From an uncultured delta proteobacterium (GTDB taxonomy: Bacteria > Myxococcota_A > Polyangia > Polyangiales > Polyangiaceae): a stretch of 64,000 nucleotides of DNA. Each line of letters starts with the position of its first letter. Positions within the stretch are counted from its first letter, which is position 1. The DNA lies in the NCBI GenBank assembly GCA_963806225.1, contig CAWDXG010000004.1:320001-384000 (forward strand). Direction: 5' to 3'. Both the position numbers and the translations under genes were made by a program. The notes beneath the pieces are model-generated. The model was not told the DNA's origin. It saw nothing but the letters and a program-made list of their open reading frames with translations, and made no database searches. Below, piece after piece: positions 33,704-44,532 of the stretch.

Positions 33704-34408
33704 ATGCAGGACGAGCACGGCAACCATCCGGACGGAGGCGACGAGGCGCCGGGCTCGGGCCCGCTGGTCGACGTCTTCGAGCGGCCGTCGGCGGCGCGCA
33801 GCGAGGGCCAGCTGTACGCCCCTCCGCGCACCGTGCCGCCCACGTCCGATCACCGCACCCTCGAGATCGAGACGGTCAAGGTCCACAAGGATCCGAAGCG
33901 CGCGGCGGTCACGCAGCCGAGCCTCAGGCGCGCGCGACAGCAGGCAGGGGCCGCGCCGCCGCAACCCGGTAGCGAGCCGCCCGGGGCGCACGCGGTGCCC
34001 GACAGCACGCACCCCGTCATCGCGGGCGAGCGCTCGCACGCTTCGTCGGCGGTGTGGCTGCTCGCGCTCGGCGCGGTCGTGGCGCTGGTCGCGGTGGGCA
34101 TCGTGCTCGCGCGCGGTCACTCCGCGGCTCCGGAAGCGACGGGCAGCGCGGAGCAGGCTTCACCCGCGGCGGCTGCAAGCAGCGCGGCGGTCGCCGCATC
34201 AGGCAGCAACGCCACGCCCCGCGTCGAGCCTGCCGCGGCGGCGCCCGCGCCCTCGGTCGAGCCGGCTCCGGCGCCCTCGCCCTCCGCCACGCATCACGCA
34301 GCGCCGGTGCATCCCGCCGCAGCGCCGGAGCCGCGCGAAAAGCCCGCGACGCCCCACGCCGCACAGCCAGCCCCCAGCGCGAAGCCGAAATACCAGCCGC
34401 TGTTCTGA
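33704..34408 (+). CDS. Single-pass membrane protein with Pro/Ala-rich tail
   Basis: TM segment AVWLLALGAVVALVAVGIVL; resembles the non-catalytic half of the neighbouring kinase. Confidence 0.65.
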   Translation: MQDEHGNHPDGGDEAPGSGPLVDVFERPSAARSEGQLYAPPRTVPPTSDHRTLEIETVKVHKDPKRAAVTQPSLRRARQQAGAAPPQPGSEPPGAHAVPDSTHPVIAGERSHASSAVWLLALGAVVALVAVGIVLARGHSAAPEATGSAEQASPAAAASSAAVAASGSNATPRVEPAAAAPAPSVEPAPAPSPSATHHAAPVHPAAAPEPREKPATPHAAQPAPSAKPKYQPLF

Positions 34409-34624
34409 TCGCGGCGCAACCGGGGGCGGCTCTGCCCGGCGATCTACCGAGGGCGCGCGAGCTCCGGGCAATTCGCACCGACGGATACCGGCAGCTGGGC
34501 AGTTTCCGCCCTGGCTGGAATCGTGTCTCTCCGGGGTGCGGAAATGTCGCACCTTGGACCCGCTGCGACTACCCTCCGCCCCCGGCGACCGGTAGATCCG
34601 GCGTCGCCGATCGACTGCTCCGCC

Positions 34625-35785
34625 ATGCTTTTCGTCGTCCGCCCCCGTCGCGCACTTCCGCAACCGTGCACCCCGCGCAGGGTCCGAGCCGGTCGCCGTG
34701 CGTGCGCCGTGCTCGCCAGTGTGGTCGCGCTGTCCTTCGCCCTGCCGGCCTCGGCCGCGCCCAGCCAGCACGAGCGCGCCGAAGCCCTCTTCAAGCAGGG
34801 CCGCGCCGCGTACATGAAGGGCGACTTCAAGACGGCCTACCAGCGCCAGCACGACGCCTGGCGGCTCGAGAAGAGCTTCGACATCGCGGCCAACCTCGGC
34901 CAGGCCGAGCTGCAGCTCAAGCTCTACCGCGACGCGGCCGAGCACTTCCGCTACGCGCTCGATCACTTTCCGCCGTCGGGCGACAAGCAGAAGAAGCAGC
35001 GCCTGCAACAGAGCTTCGACAAGGTCCGCGCAAAGGTCGGCGCGCTCACTCTCCATGTGCAACCGGACGGCGCGCGGGTGAGCGTCGACGGCACCGCCCT
35101 CGCCCCGCCGCTGCCCTCGCCGCTGTTCCTCGACGCGGGGCAGCACGAGCTCGCAGTCGATGCGGAGGGCTACACCCCGCAGAACAAGAGCGTGGCGGCG
35201 AAGGCGGGCGGGAGCGACCAGCTCGACGTGACGCTGGAGAAAGCCGCGGCCCCCGCTCCCGCGACCCCCGCGCCGCCGGCGACGAGCAGCGCGGCGCCGC
35301 CAGCGTCGTCTCCGCCAACGTCCGATACCGGCGACCATCACGTCGAGCCGCGCACGGTGGCGATCATCACCGGGGCGGGTTTGACGGCGGTCGCGCTGGG
35401 CGTGGGGATCGGCTTTCTGGTGGATGCGGGCTCGGCCGACAGCAACGCGAGCGATCTGCGCTCACAAGCTGTCAAGGAAGTCGGCACCAATGGTTGCGCG
35501 GCGAATCCCGACGCGAGCGTGTGCGTGGCGCTGCACGACGCGAACGACCACGCGAGCCGCAGCCGCACGGTTTCCACGGTGGGCTTCGTCGGGGCCGGCG
35601 TGTTCGCCGTGGCCACCGTGGGTGCCGTGTTGTTCTGGCCCAGGCACGCGCACCACGCGGAAGCGCGCGGCACGCACGGCGTCAGGATGATGCCGGTCGT
35701 GCTCGGAGCGTCGGGGCTGGGCGTGGACTACCCGAACACGGGGCTATTCAGCGCGGGGGGCATCGGCGTCAAGGGGCACTTCTAG
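34625..35785 (+). CDS. TPR + PEGA domain protein
   Basis: Signal peptide, AEALFKQGRA..., ANLGQAELQL, PEGA (GARVSVDG...LDAGQHELAV.AEGY), two hydrophobic helices, C-terminal GVKGHF. Confidence 0.85.
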   Translation: MLFVVRPRRALPQPCTPRRVRAGRRACAVLASVVALSFALPASAAPSQHERAEALFKQGRAAYMKGDFKTAYQRQHDAWRLEKSFDIAANLGQAELQLKLYRDAAEHFRYALDHFPPSGDKQKKQRLQQSFDKVRAKVGALTLHVQPDGARVSVDGTALAPPLPSPLFLDAGQHELAVDAEGYTPQNKSVAAKAGGSDQLDVTLEKAAAPAPATPAPPATSSAAPPASSPPTSDTGDHHVEPRTVAIITGAGLTAVALGVGIGFLVDAGSADSNASDLRSQAVKEVGTNGCAANPDASVCVALHDANDHASRSRTVSTVGFVGAGVFAVATVGAVLFWPRHAHHAEARGTHGVRMMPVVLGASGLGVDYPNTGLFSAGGIGVKGHF

Positions 35786-35889
35786 CCGCCCTACCGAGTG
35801 GAAATCACCCGGGGGCGTTGACTTGGTGGGGATTTTGGCTGTCATCATCGGGTGACGGCTCGCTTCGGGGGCGATAGCCCCGTTGGCTC

Positions 35890-37538
35890 ATGGAGGCGGT
35901 GATGCGCGTAAATCGATTCCTTGGCTTGACGATCCTGTTCAGCGCCGGCTGGCTGTGCCTGCCTGCGTGCAGCGGCAGCTCCAGCTGCGCCGACAACAAC
36001 GCCTGCGGCACAGGCGGGTCGAGCGGCAGCGCGGGCTCGGGCGGATCGGGCGCCAGCGCGGGCTCGGGCGGATCGGGCGCGAGTGCGGGCACCGGCGGCA
36101 GTGACGGTGGCGCGGGGACGGGCGGAGCGAGCGGCAGCGGCGGCGATGGCGGCGGATGCGACACGTCGAAGTCGCCCTCGGCGGAGAGCTGTCTGGTGGA
36201 TGACCAGTACGCGGTCTTCGTCGACGGCACGGCGAGCGCAAGCGGCGATGGCTCGAAAGCGAGTCCGTTCAAGACCATCGGCGAGGCCCTCGCAGGCGCA
36301 GCCGGCAAGATCATCCTCGTCTGCGACACGACCTACGCCGAGCAGGTGAAGCTCGGTGCCGGCGCGAAAATCTTCGGCGGCTTCAAGTGCACCGACTGGA
36401 GCTACGACGGCGGACAGCGCGCCGTCGTCGCGCCGACGAGCGAAGGCTACGCGCTCGAGATCGACAGCGTGACGGATCCCGTCGTGATCGAGGACGTGGA
36501 GTTCGACGCGGCGGACGCTTCCACGCCGGGCGCGAGCAGTGTGGCGGGGTTCGTGCACGGGTCGACGGAGGTCGTGTTGCGGCGGGACAAGCTTGTGGGC
36601 GGGAAGGGTGCGACGGGCAGCGCCGGGGCGGCGTTTGGCTCGGCGGCGACGACGGGGGCGACGGGGCACGACGGCAAGAACGCTTGTAGCTCGCCGGCGT
36701 CCGGTGGCCCGCAGGTGGAGACGCAGTGCGGCGGCGCGGCGAGTGGGAGTATCGGGGGCAGCGGGGGGCGATGGAGATGCACGTGAATCACGTTGAGCTG
36801 GCGGAAACGGCAGTCCCGGGCAGCCTACTGGGACCACTGGGGGCGGGCCTGGCGATTGGTCAGACGGGCCGGCTGGCTCAACTGCGTGGCAGGCACAGGG
36901 TCGGGGCAACGGCGGTGTGAGCGGCGTCCCGGCAAGCCCGGCGCTGGCGGCGCCGCGATGGGCACGCTCGACGCCAGCGGCTACGCGCCCGCCGACGGCG
37001 GCGCGGGCAAGGCGGGTGGCCCCGGCCAAGGCGGCGGCGGCGGCGGCGGCGCCAAGGCGCCGAGCTGCGGTACCGGTGCCTCCGGCGGAATCCGGCGGCG
37101 GTGGCGGCTGCGGCGGCCAGGGCGGACATGCGGGCTCCGGCGGCGGCGCCAGCATCGCGCTCGCGAGCGTGAGCTCCACGGTCACGCTCGACAGCTGCGA
37201 TCTCGTCGCCAGCGATGGCGGCGCGGGCGGCAAGGGCGGTGACGGGCAGCGTGGCGGAGATGGCGGAACAGCAGGAGGCGGCGGGAAGGGAAGTGGCACG
37301 AGCAGCAACGCCTGCACGGGCGGCGATGGGGGCCAGGGCGGCTTCGGCGGTCCTGGCGGCGGCGGCTCGGGAGGAGCCAGCGTCGGCATCGCCTACACCG
37401 GCACGCAACCCACGGTCACCGGCGGCACCATCACCGTCGCGCAGACCCCGGCGCCCGCCGGCAAGGGCGGCGCCGAGCGTCGACACCGGCTCCAAGGACG
37501 GCAGCGCCGGCATCACGCAGAAGGTACAGAAGTTCTAG
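35890..37538 (+). CDS. Gly-rich (PGRS-like) surface lipoprotein, copy 1 (several frameshifts)
   Basis: LPAC lipobox; VFVD...GDGSKASPFKTIGEAL, IFGGFKCTDWSY, GGxGG repeats. Confidence 0.8.
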
Positions 37539-39336
37539 AGCTTCACTCTCCACGCAACCCCCACCCCCACCCTTCCCGAATACACTCCACGCATGTCCCC
37601 CCTCCGCACCACCACCCTCGCCTCTTTCGTCGCGCTCGTCGCGATGCTGGCGGGGTGCGGGTCGGGGTCGTCGAGCTGCAGCGACACGCGCACGTGTGGA
37701 AGCGGCGGATCGGGCGCCAGCGCGGGCTCGGGCGGATCGGGCGCGAGTGCGGGCACCGGCGGCAGTGACGGTGGCGCGGGGACGGGCGGAGCGAGCGGCA
37801 GCGGCGGCGATGGCGGCGGATGCGACACGTCGAAGTCGCCCTCGGCGGAGAGCTGTCTGGTGGATGACCAGTACGCGGTCTTCGTCGACGGCACGGCGAG
37901 CGCAAGCGGCGATGGCTCGAAAGCGAGTCCGTTCAAGACCATCGGCGAGGCCCTCGCAGGCGCAGCCGGCAAGATCATCCTCGTCTGCGACACGACCTAC
38001 GCCGAGCAGGTGAAGCTCGGTGCCGGCGCGAAAATCTTCGGCGGCTTCAAGTGCACCGACTGGAGCTACGACGGCGGACAGCGCGCCGTCGTCGCGCCGA
38101 CGAGCGAAGGCTACGCGCTCGAGAATCGACAGCGTGACGGATCCCGTCGTGATCGAGGACGTGGAGTTCGACGCGGCGGACGCTTCCACGCCGGGCGCGA
38201 GCAGTGTGGCGGGGTTCGTGCACGGGTCGACGGGGGTCGTGTTGCGGCGGGACAAGCTTGTGGGCGGGAAGGGTGCGACGGGCAGCGCCGGGGCGGCGTT
38301 TGGCTCGGCGGCGACGACGGGGGCGACGGGGCACGACGGCAAGAACGCTTGTAGCTCGCCGGCGTCCGGTGGCCCGCAGGTGGAGACGCAGTGCGGCGGC
38401 GCGGCGAGTGGGAGTATCGGGGGAGCGGGCGGCGATGGGGCGCCGAGCAACACGAAGAGCGGCGGCAATGGCAATCCCGGGCAGACGGGGAGCCAGGGCT
38501 GGGGGCGGAGCTCGGCGATACGGTCGAGAAGAGTTCCGGCTGGTCCTGCTCAGTGGGCGGCACCGACGGCGGTGGCGGGCAACCGGTGCCAACGGCCCCG
38601 CCGGCAAGCCCGGCGCTGGCGGCGCCGCGATGGGCACGCTCGACGCCAGCGGCTACGCGCCCGCCGACGGCGGCGCGGGCAAGGCGGGTGGCCCCGGCCA
38701 AGGCGGCGGCGGCGGCGGCGGCGCCAAGGCGCCGAGCTGCGGTACCGGCGCTTCCGGCGGAATCCGGCGGCGGTGGCGGCTGCGGCGGCCAGGGCGGACA
38801 TGCGGGCTCCGGCGGCGGCGCCAGCATCGCGCTCGCGAGCGTGAGCTCCACGGTCACGCTCGACAGCTGCGATCTCGTCGCCAGCGATGGCGGCGCGGGC
38901 GGCAAGGGCGGTGACGGGCAGCGTGGCGGAATGGCGGAGCAGCAGGAGGCGGCGGGAAGGGAAGTGGCACGAGCAGCAACGCCTGCACGAGGCGGCGATG
39001 GGGGCCAGGGCGGCTTCGGCGGTCCTGGCGGCGGCGGCTCGGGAGGAGCCAGCGTCGGCATCGCCTACACCGGCACGCAACCCACGGTCACCGGCGGCAC
39101 CATCACCGTCGCGCAGACCCCGGCGCCCGCCGGCAAGGGCGGCGCCGGACGTCGACACCGGCTCCAAGGACGGCAGCGCCGGCATCACGCAGAAGGTGCA
39201 GAAGTTCTAGAGCTTCACTCTCCACGCAACCCCCACCCCCACCCTTCCCGAATACACTCCACGCATGTCCCCCCTCCGCACCACCACCCTCGCCTCTTTC
39301 GTCGCGCTCGTCGCGATGCTGGCGGGGTGCGGGTCG
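36040..39336 (+). repeat. Tandem duplication of about 1.63 kb (36040-37664 and 37704-39336)
   Basis: Near-identical by eye, including the intergenic region and next signal peptide, except one internal segment. Confidence 0.93.
37593..39210 (+). CDS. Gly-rich surface lipoprotein, copy 2 (several frameshifts)
   Basis: LAGC lipobox; body near-identical to copy 1. Confidence 0.8.
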
Positions 39337-40941
39337 AGCACGTCTGATTGCGCTTCGACGCGGACGTGCGCGCGGGGAGGCGCTGCGGGAGCCGACGGGG
39401 GCGGGAACGCGGGCGCGGGTGGAGGCAGCGCTGGCTCGTCGACCGGCGGCGCTGGGGGGTCCGACGGTGGCGCGGGCACGGGCGGCGGCTCCGCGGGCAC
39501 CGATGGCGGTGTGTGCGACCCGTCGAAGACGCCCGCCGAGGACAGCTGCGTCGTCTCCGACAAGTACGGCGTGTTCGCCTCGCCCAAGGGCGACGACACG
39601 CTGGGCGACGGCAGCATGGCCGCGCCCTACGCAACGTTGGGCAAAGCCATCGCCGAGGCACGGATCGGCGCCAGGCGCGTCTACGCCTGCGCCGATGGCG
39701 GGACCTTCACCGAGCCCACGCTGAGCGTCGACTCGAAACTGGACGGCGCGCAGCTGTACGGCGGCTTCCACTGCGCCGACTGGAGCTACGATCCCTCGCT
39801 GCAGACCACACTCGACTCGGTCAATCCCGTCGCCATCAAGGTCAGCGGACTCACCAAGGGGCTGCACATCGAGGACTTCGACCTCCGCGCCCGCTACGCC
39901 ACGGTGCCCGGGGATTCGAGCGTCGCCTTGTGGGTCGACTCGAGCGCCAACGTCGTGCTCCAGCACGTCATCCTGCACGCACGCCAGGGCGCCGACGGCA
40001 AGGACGGCGCAGCCTTCGCGAGCAGCGCCAAGCAGGGCGCGGTCGGCAACCCCGGCGCAAACGGCGCCTGCACGACCGTGAGCATTCCGCCTCCGAATGA
40101 CGGCGGCACAGCCGTCTCCACCCAGTGCGGCAGCAGCACCAGCACCGGCGGCAAGGGCGGCGACGGTCCGACGGCCACCGTCACACCCGGTGGCAACGGC
40201 GCAGCGGGCCAGCCGGCGCTCGGTGCCGGTGCCGGCGGCCACGGGCAGACCAGCGCGAGCTGGACCTGCGCTGCCAGTGGAACCAACGGCGGCGGCCGCG
40301 CCGGCGGGAGCGGGGGCAACGGCGGGAAAGGCCCGGGAGCCACCGGCAAAGGCTCACTGGACGCGACGGGCTATCACGGCAGCGCCGGCCAGAGCGGCAA
40401 GCCGGGCAGCATCGGACAGGGCGGCGGCGGTGGTGGCGGCGCGCAGGACGCCTCGGTCTGCGACGGCTACGGGCACGGCTCGTCGGGCGGCAGCGGCGGC
40501 TCGGGAGGTTGTGGAGGTGCTGGTGGCCCCGGCGGCGGAGGCGGCGGATCGAGCATCGCTCTGCTTTCGGTCGATTCCACAGTGAACCTGTCCGGCTGCA
40601 CGCTCCAGGCCTCCAGCGGCGGCATCGGCGGCAAGGGAGCCACCGGGCAGACCGGCGGAGCCGGCGGCAAGCCCGGCGCAGGCGGGAAGTTCGAGGCGGG
40701 CAAGAACGGCACGGACGCCTGCGCGGGCGGCGACGGCGGAAACGGCGGCAACGGCGGCGCAGGCGGCGGCGGACTCGGCGGACACAGCCTCGGCGTCGCG
40801 TACGTGGGAACGAAACCGACGCTCGACACGGCGACGACATTCCAGCTGGCGTCGTCCCCGGCCCTGGGCGGACCGGGTGGCGGCGGCAGCACGAGCAACA
40901 AGGGCACCGACGGCCTCGTGATGCAGGTGCTGGGATTCTGA
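39265..40941 (+). CDS. Gly-rich surface lipoprotein, diverged paralogue 3 (intact)
   Basis: Same signal peptide as copy 2; GDGSMAAPYATLGKAI, LYGGFHCADWSY, GGxGG repeats. Confidence 0.88.
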   Translation: MSPLRTTTLASFVALVAMLAGCGSSTSDCASTRTCARGGAAGADGGGNAGAGGGSAGSSTGGAGGSDGGAGTGGGSAGTDGGVCDPSKTPAEDSCVVSDKYGVFASPKGDDTLGDGSMAAPYATLGKAIAEARIGARRVYACADGGTFTEPTLSVDSKLDGAQLYGGFHCADWSYDPSLQTTLDSVNPVAIKVSGLTKGLHIEDFDLRARYATVPGDSSVALWVDSSANVVLQHVILHARQGADGKDGAAFASSAKQGAVGNPGANGACTTVSIPPPNDGGTAVSTQCGSSTSTGGKGGDGPTATVTPGGNGAAGQPALGAGAGGHGQTSASWTCAASGTNGGGRAGGSGGNGGKGPGATGKGSLDATGYHGSAGQSGKPGSIGQGGGGGGGAQDASVCDGYGHGSSGGSGGSGGCGGAGGPGGGGGGSSIALLSVDSTVNLSGCTLQASSGGIGGKGATGQTGGAGGKPGAGGKFEAGKNGTDACAGGDGGNGGNGGAGGGGLGGHSLGVAYVGTKPTLDTATTFQLASSPALGGPGGGGSTSNKGTDGLVMQVLGF

Positions 40942-40960
40942 TCTGGCCGGCGACTGACCC

Positions 40961-42076
40961 ATGAGCGTATCGATACCGGGACGGTTCAGGCGGGGCTTTT
41001 CGACTGTGGTGGTGGGGTGCCTGCTCGTCGCGGGCACGGCGCGCGCGGCAGGCGGCGGCCAAGGAAAAGCGCACGGCGGCAACAAGGCGCACGTCGCGAC
41101 GCCGGCGGAGATCGCCGTCGCGCGCCGGCTGTTCCGCGAAGCGTCGAAGCTCGAGAAGGCCAAGCACTGGGCGGACGCGGCGAAGAAGCTCCACGGCGCG
41201 CTGGACATCAAGGAAACGCCGGGCCTGCGCTACCACCTCGCCTACTGCGAGGAGAACATGGGCCAACTCGTACAGGCGCTGGTCGACTACGATCGCGCCG
41301 CGGAGATGATCTCCGACGGCGTCAAGGCGCCGGACGTGGCGGCACGGCTGGACGCGGCACGCACCGCGCTGAAAAAGCGCGTGCCGATGCTGACCGTAAC
41401 GATACCCGCGGATGTGCCCGGCGCCAGGCTCTCGGTGGACGGACACACAATGGCGCCGGCTGTGGCGGGGCAGCCGATCCCGCTCGAACCGGGACAGCAC
41501 AACCTCCAGGTCACCGCGCACAGCTACAAGCCGTTCCACGCCAACGTCACGCTCGCCGAGGGCGAGCGCAAGACCCTCCCGGTGGAACTCGCCAAGCCCG
41601 AGCCGGCGCCCGCAACGCCGGCCGCTCCCGCTCCCCGACCCACCGCGGACACGGGAACCCAGGGCCGCGCGTTCCCGCTGCGCACAGTCGTGCTGATCGG
41701 CGAAGGCGCGGTCACGTTCGCCGGGCTCGGCGTCGGCATCGGCTTCACGGTCGCGCGCGGCAACGCCTCGAGCCGTGCGGACGACGCGCAGGCCGCCATC
41801 GACCGGAAGACGGGCAATCCCGGCGATCCGTCGGCGTGCACGAACGCGTCCCCCGACGTGCAGACGAGCTGCGACGATCTGACCAGCGCACTCTCCGACA
41901 AGGACAACGACGGCAAGCTCGCGACCGTCGGCTTCATCGGCGCCGGAGTCGGCGCCGCAGCGACCATCGCGACGTGGCTCTTGTGGAAACCGGCAGCAAG
42001 GCAACACGCGCTCGCCGTGACAATGCAGCCCGTCGCAGGCGGCGGCCTGCTGGGCGGCGTGAGCGGTCGCTTCTAG
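40961..42076 (+). CDS. TPR + PEGA domain protein
   Basis: ARRLFREA, YHLAYCEE, GARLSVDG...LEPGQHNLQV, two hydrophobic helices, C-terminal GVSGRF. Confidence 0.85.
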   Translation: MSVSIPGRFRRGFSTVVVGCLLVAGTARAAGGGQGKAHGGNKAHVATPAEIAVARRLFREASKLEKAKHWADAAKKLHGALDIKETPGLRYHLAYCEENMGQLVQALVDYDRAAEMISDGVKAPDVAARLDAARTALKKRVPMLTVTIPADVPGARLSVDGHTMAPAVAGQPIPLEPGQHNLQVTAHSYKPFHANVTLAEGERKTLPVELAKPEPAPATPAAPAPRPTADTGTQGRAFPLRTVVLIGEGAVTFAGLGVGIGFTVARGNASSRADDAQAAIDRKTGNPGDPSACTNASPDVQTSCDDLTSALSDKDNDGKLATVGFIGAGVGAAATIATWLLWKPAARQHALAVTMQPVAGGGLLGGVSGRF

Positions 42077-42327
42077 ACAGCGTGTCGCGCGCCCAGGAAT
42101 TCCACGTTGTAGACAAACCTGGAATTCCTGCACTCGCGGCGCGGACTATTGACTTCCGCGCCCGTCTGCCGGACCTCTCGCTCATCCTTGACGGGAGGGG
42201 ATCCGGGGAGCGCATTTTCCACGCAACTGCCGCCGCGGCAGCCCGATAGAGCCGGAAATCGGCGTCGGAGCCTGCCGGGGCTCCGTGCGCCCCCTTCCCG
42301 ACCGGCAACCAATCCGGAGACATACCG

Positions 42328-43752
42328 ATGAACACTTCCCGAATCCTGGCGGCCCTGGTGCTCGCAGCGGGCGCGTCCCTGGCGTACGGCTGCGGCTCGT
42401 CGTCGTTCAAGTCCTGTGAAAAGACGCGAAGCTGCGGCAACAGCGGCGGAACCGACGGCGGCATGGCCGGTAGCGGCGGCACGGCCGGCAGCGCGGGAAC
42501 CGGCGCAACGGGCGGAAACGGCGGCTCGATCGGCACCGACGGCGGAGCCGGGACGGGCGGCACGGCGGGCGGCGGAGGCACGGCGGGCACGGCCGGCTCG
42601 GCAGGCAGCGATGGCGGCCCAACCCTCGACGACAACGGCGCAACCTGCAGCGACGGCTCGACCTGCAAGACCGGTAACTGCATCGACGGCGTGTGCTGCG
42701 ACACCAAGTGCGACGGCACCTGCGAGGCGTGCAACGTCTCCGGCAACAAGGGCACCTGCACGCCGTACAAGAGCGGGACCGATCCGGAGAAGGAATGCCT
42801 CGGCGGCGCCAGCGCCAGCGCCACCTGCGCGGGCACCTGCGACGGCAAATCGGCCTGCGCGTTCCCCGACGCCACGACCTCCTGCGGCAACCCGATGTGC
42901 GCGGCCGGCAAGCAGACGACCTACGGCTGCGGCGGCGACGGCACGTGCAGCTCGCCCAAGCAGAAGAGCTGCGGCAACTACACCTGCGGCTCCACCGCCT
43001 GCCGCACCAGCTGCACTAGCGACACACAGTGCGCCTCGACCGCGTGGTGCCAGGCCAACAAGTGCGTGGCCAAGATCGCCGACGGCGGGTCCTGCGGCGG
43101 CAACAACCAGTGCACGAGTGGCCACTGCATCGGCGGCGTGTGCTGCCACACCAGCTGCGCAGCGCCGAACAGCTGCGCAACGGGCACGTGCCTGTGCAAT
43201 GGAGTCTCGTGCGCCAGCGGTCACTCATGCATCATGTGGTATCTGGACCAGGACGATGACAAACACGGGGCAAGCTCATCGCACGACAAGCCTGGATGCG
43301 ACGACCAGCAGCCTAGCGACGTAAACGGTCACCACTACGTCCAGAGCAACGACGACTGCTACGACAACAACATCAACGCCTACCCGGGCCAGACGCAATA
43401 CTTCCCAGGGGATCGCGGCGATGGCAGCTACGACTATAACTGCGACGGGAACGAAACCACGAAGTACCTCGCGAAGAACGGCGCATTCGGCACAGCGACC
43501 TGTCACGATTGCGGCGTTCATCCGAACGTCGGAACGAATTGTCTGAGTTGCGGCAGTTCCCCAATCGCTTGGGGCACGCCCGTCTACTCGATAGGCTACT
43601 ACTGCTCCACATCGACTTGCGGCGTTAGCAGCAGGCAGGCCTTTGTGAATCCTGTACCGTGCGGAGGCTCCGGCGCACTGTATACGTGCTCGACGAATTC
43701 CTGCTCGACCGCAGAGACCAACGAAGGCTCGAAAGCACAACTTTGCCGCTAG
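42328..43752 (+). CDS. Cys-rich lipoprotein
   Basis: AYGC lipobox; C-x-TGNCIDGVCC repeats; WYLDQDDD...DCYD...AYPG...DYNCDG metal-binding-like motif. Confidence 0.88.
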   Translation: MNTSRILAALVLAAGASLAYGCGSSSFKSCEKTRSCGNSGGTDGGMAGSGGTAGSAGTGATGGNGGSIGTDGGAGTGGTAGGGGTAGTAGSAGSDGGPTLDDNGATCSDGSTCKTGNCIDGVCCDTKCDGTCEACNVSGNKGTCTPYKSGTDPEKECLGGASASATCAGTCDGKSACAFPDATTSCGNPMCAAGKQTTYGCGGDGTCSSPKQKSCGNYTCGSTACRTSCTSDTQCASTAWCQANKCVAKIADGGSCGGNNQCTSGHCIGGVCCHTSCAAPNSCATGTCLCNGVSCASGHSCIMWYLDQDDDKHGASSSHDKPGCDDQQPSDVNGHHYVQSNDDCYDNNINAYPGQTQYFPGDRGDGSYDYNCDGNETTKYLAKNGAFGTATCHDCGVHPNVGTNCLSCGSSPIAWGTPVYSIGYYCSTSTCGVSSRQAFVNPVPCGGSGALYTCSTNSCSTAETNEGSKAQLCR

Positions 43753-43895
43753 ACCTGGTTTCGCGCTGCGGCTCTGCCTTTCGGCACCGTGCGACGGCCC
43801 CGGTAGCGCGCACTTGAATCGCTGGGCGGAGCGCCAGCGCCACAAGCGGAGCGGCCCGCGCCATCCGGCGCGGGCCGCGACGCGTCGCCGCCAGC

Positions 43896-44146
43896 TCAGT
43901 TCACCCCGCCGTCCGCTGGACAGGTCGGAATCCCGGCTACGACGCCAGCGTCCGCGTTCTTCGCAACGCACATTCCCGCCTGGTGGAAGGCGCTCGTGAA
44001 CTGGGAGGGGTTCGAGAAGCCGGCGTTCGCCCAGCTCTCGCACACCTTGCCAGTCCCGCGGCAATCGCTGTCGCAGTCGCAGAGCTGCCCGCAGACGCCC
44101 ACTGATTCTCCAGTCGTAAAGTTCGCCGCGAAGATGCACGCGACGT
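43896..44146 (-). pseudogene. C-terminal fragment of a Cys-rich protein
   Basis: ACIFAANF...GVCGQLCDCDSDC...GIPTCPADGGVN-stop, with no start of its own. Confidence 0.6.
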
Positions 44147-44524
44147 GGCCTGCAGGATGTAGTCGACGGCGACCACGGGCTGCAGCGTGCCCTCGCGTTC
44201 GACGAGGTTGTCCAGGTCCTCGCCCTGGAGCAGTTCCATCGCGATGAACAAGTTGCCGTCGGGCAGGCGATCGACGTCGAAGACGCGGACGACGTGCTCG
44301 CCGTGGATCCTCGACGCAGCGCCCGCCTCGTTGATGAAGCGCTGCACCAGCGACGCCGTGCGCGCTGAATCGTCCAGCAGCAGCTTGATGGCGACTTCGT
44401 GACCGAGCAGCGTATGCTCGGCGGCGAACACGGCGCCCATGCCGCCGCGGCCAAGCAGGCGCAGGATGCGGTACTTGCCCGCCAGAATGTCGCCCGCGTT
44501 GAGCGAAACCGATGGCGCCGACAC
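44147..44524 (-). pseudogene. Truncated Ser/Thr kinase (N-lobe only)
   Basis: KYRILRLLGRGGMGAVF, VAIK, RFINEA, VVRVFDV, IAMELLQGEDL; similarity stops at YILQA before HRD. Confidence 0.8.
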
Positions 44525-44532
44525 GCTTCCCC

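Noticed and set aside
36758..38600. Diversity-generating retroelement TR/VR pair
   Set aside because: No reverse transcriptase in the window, and the differences form a block rather than adenine-specific substitutions
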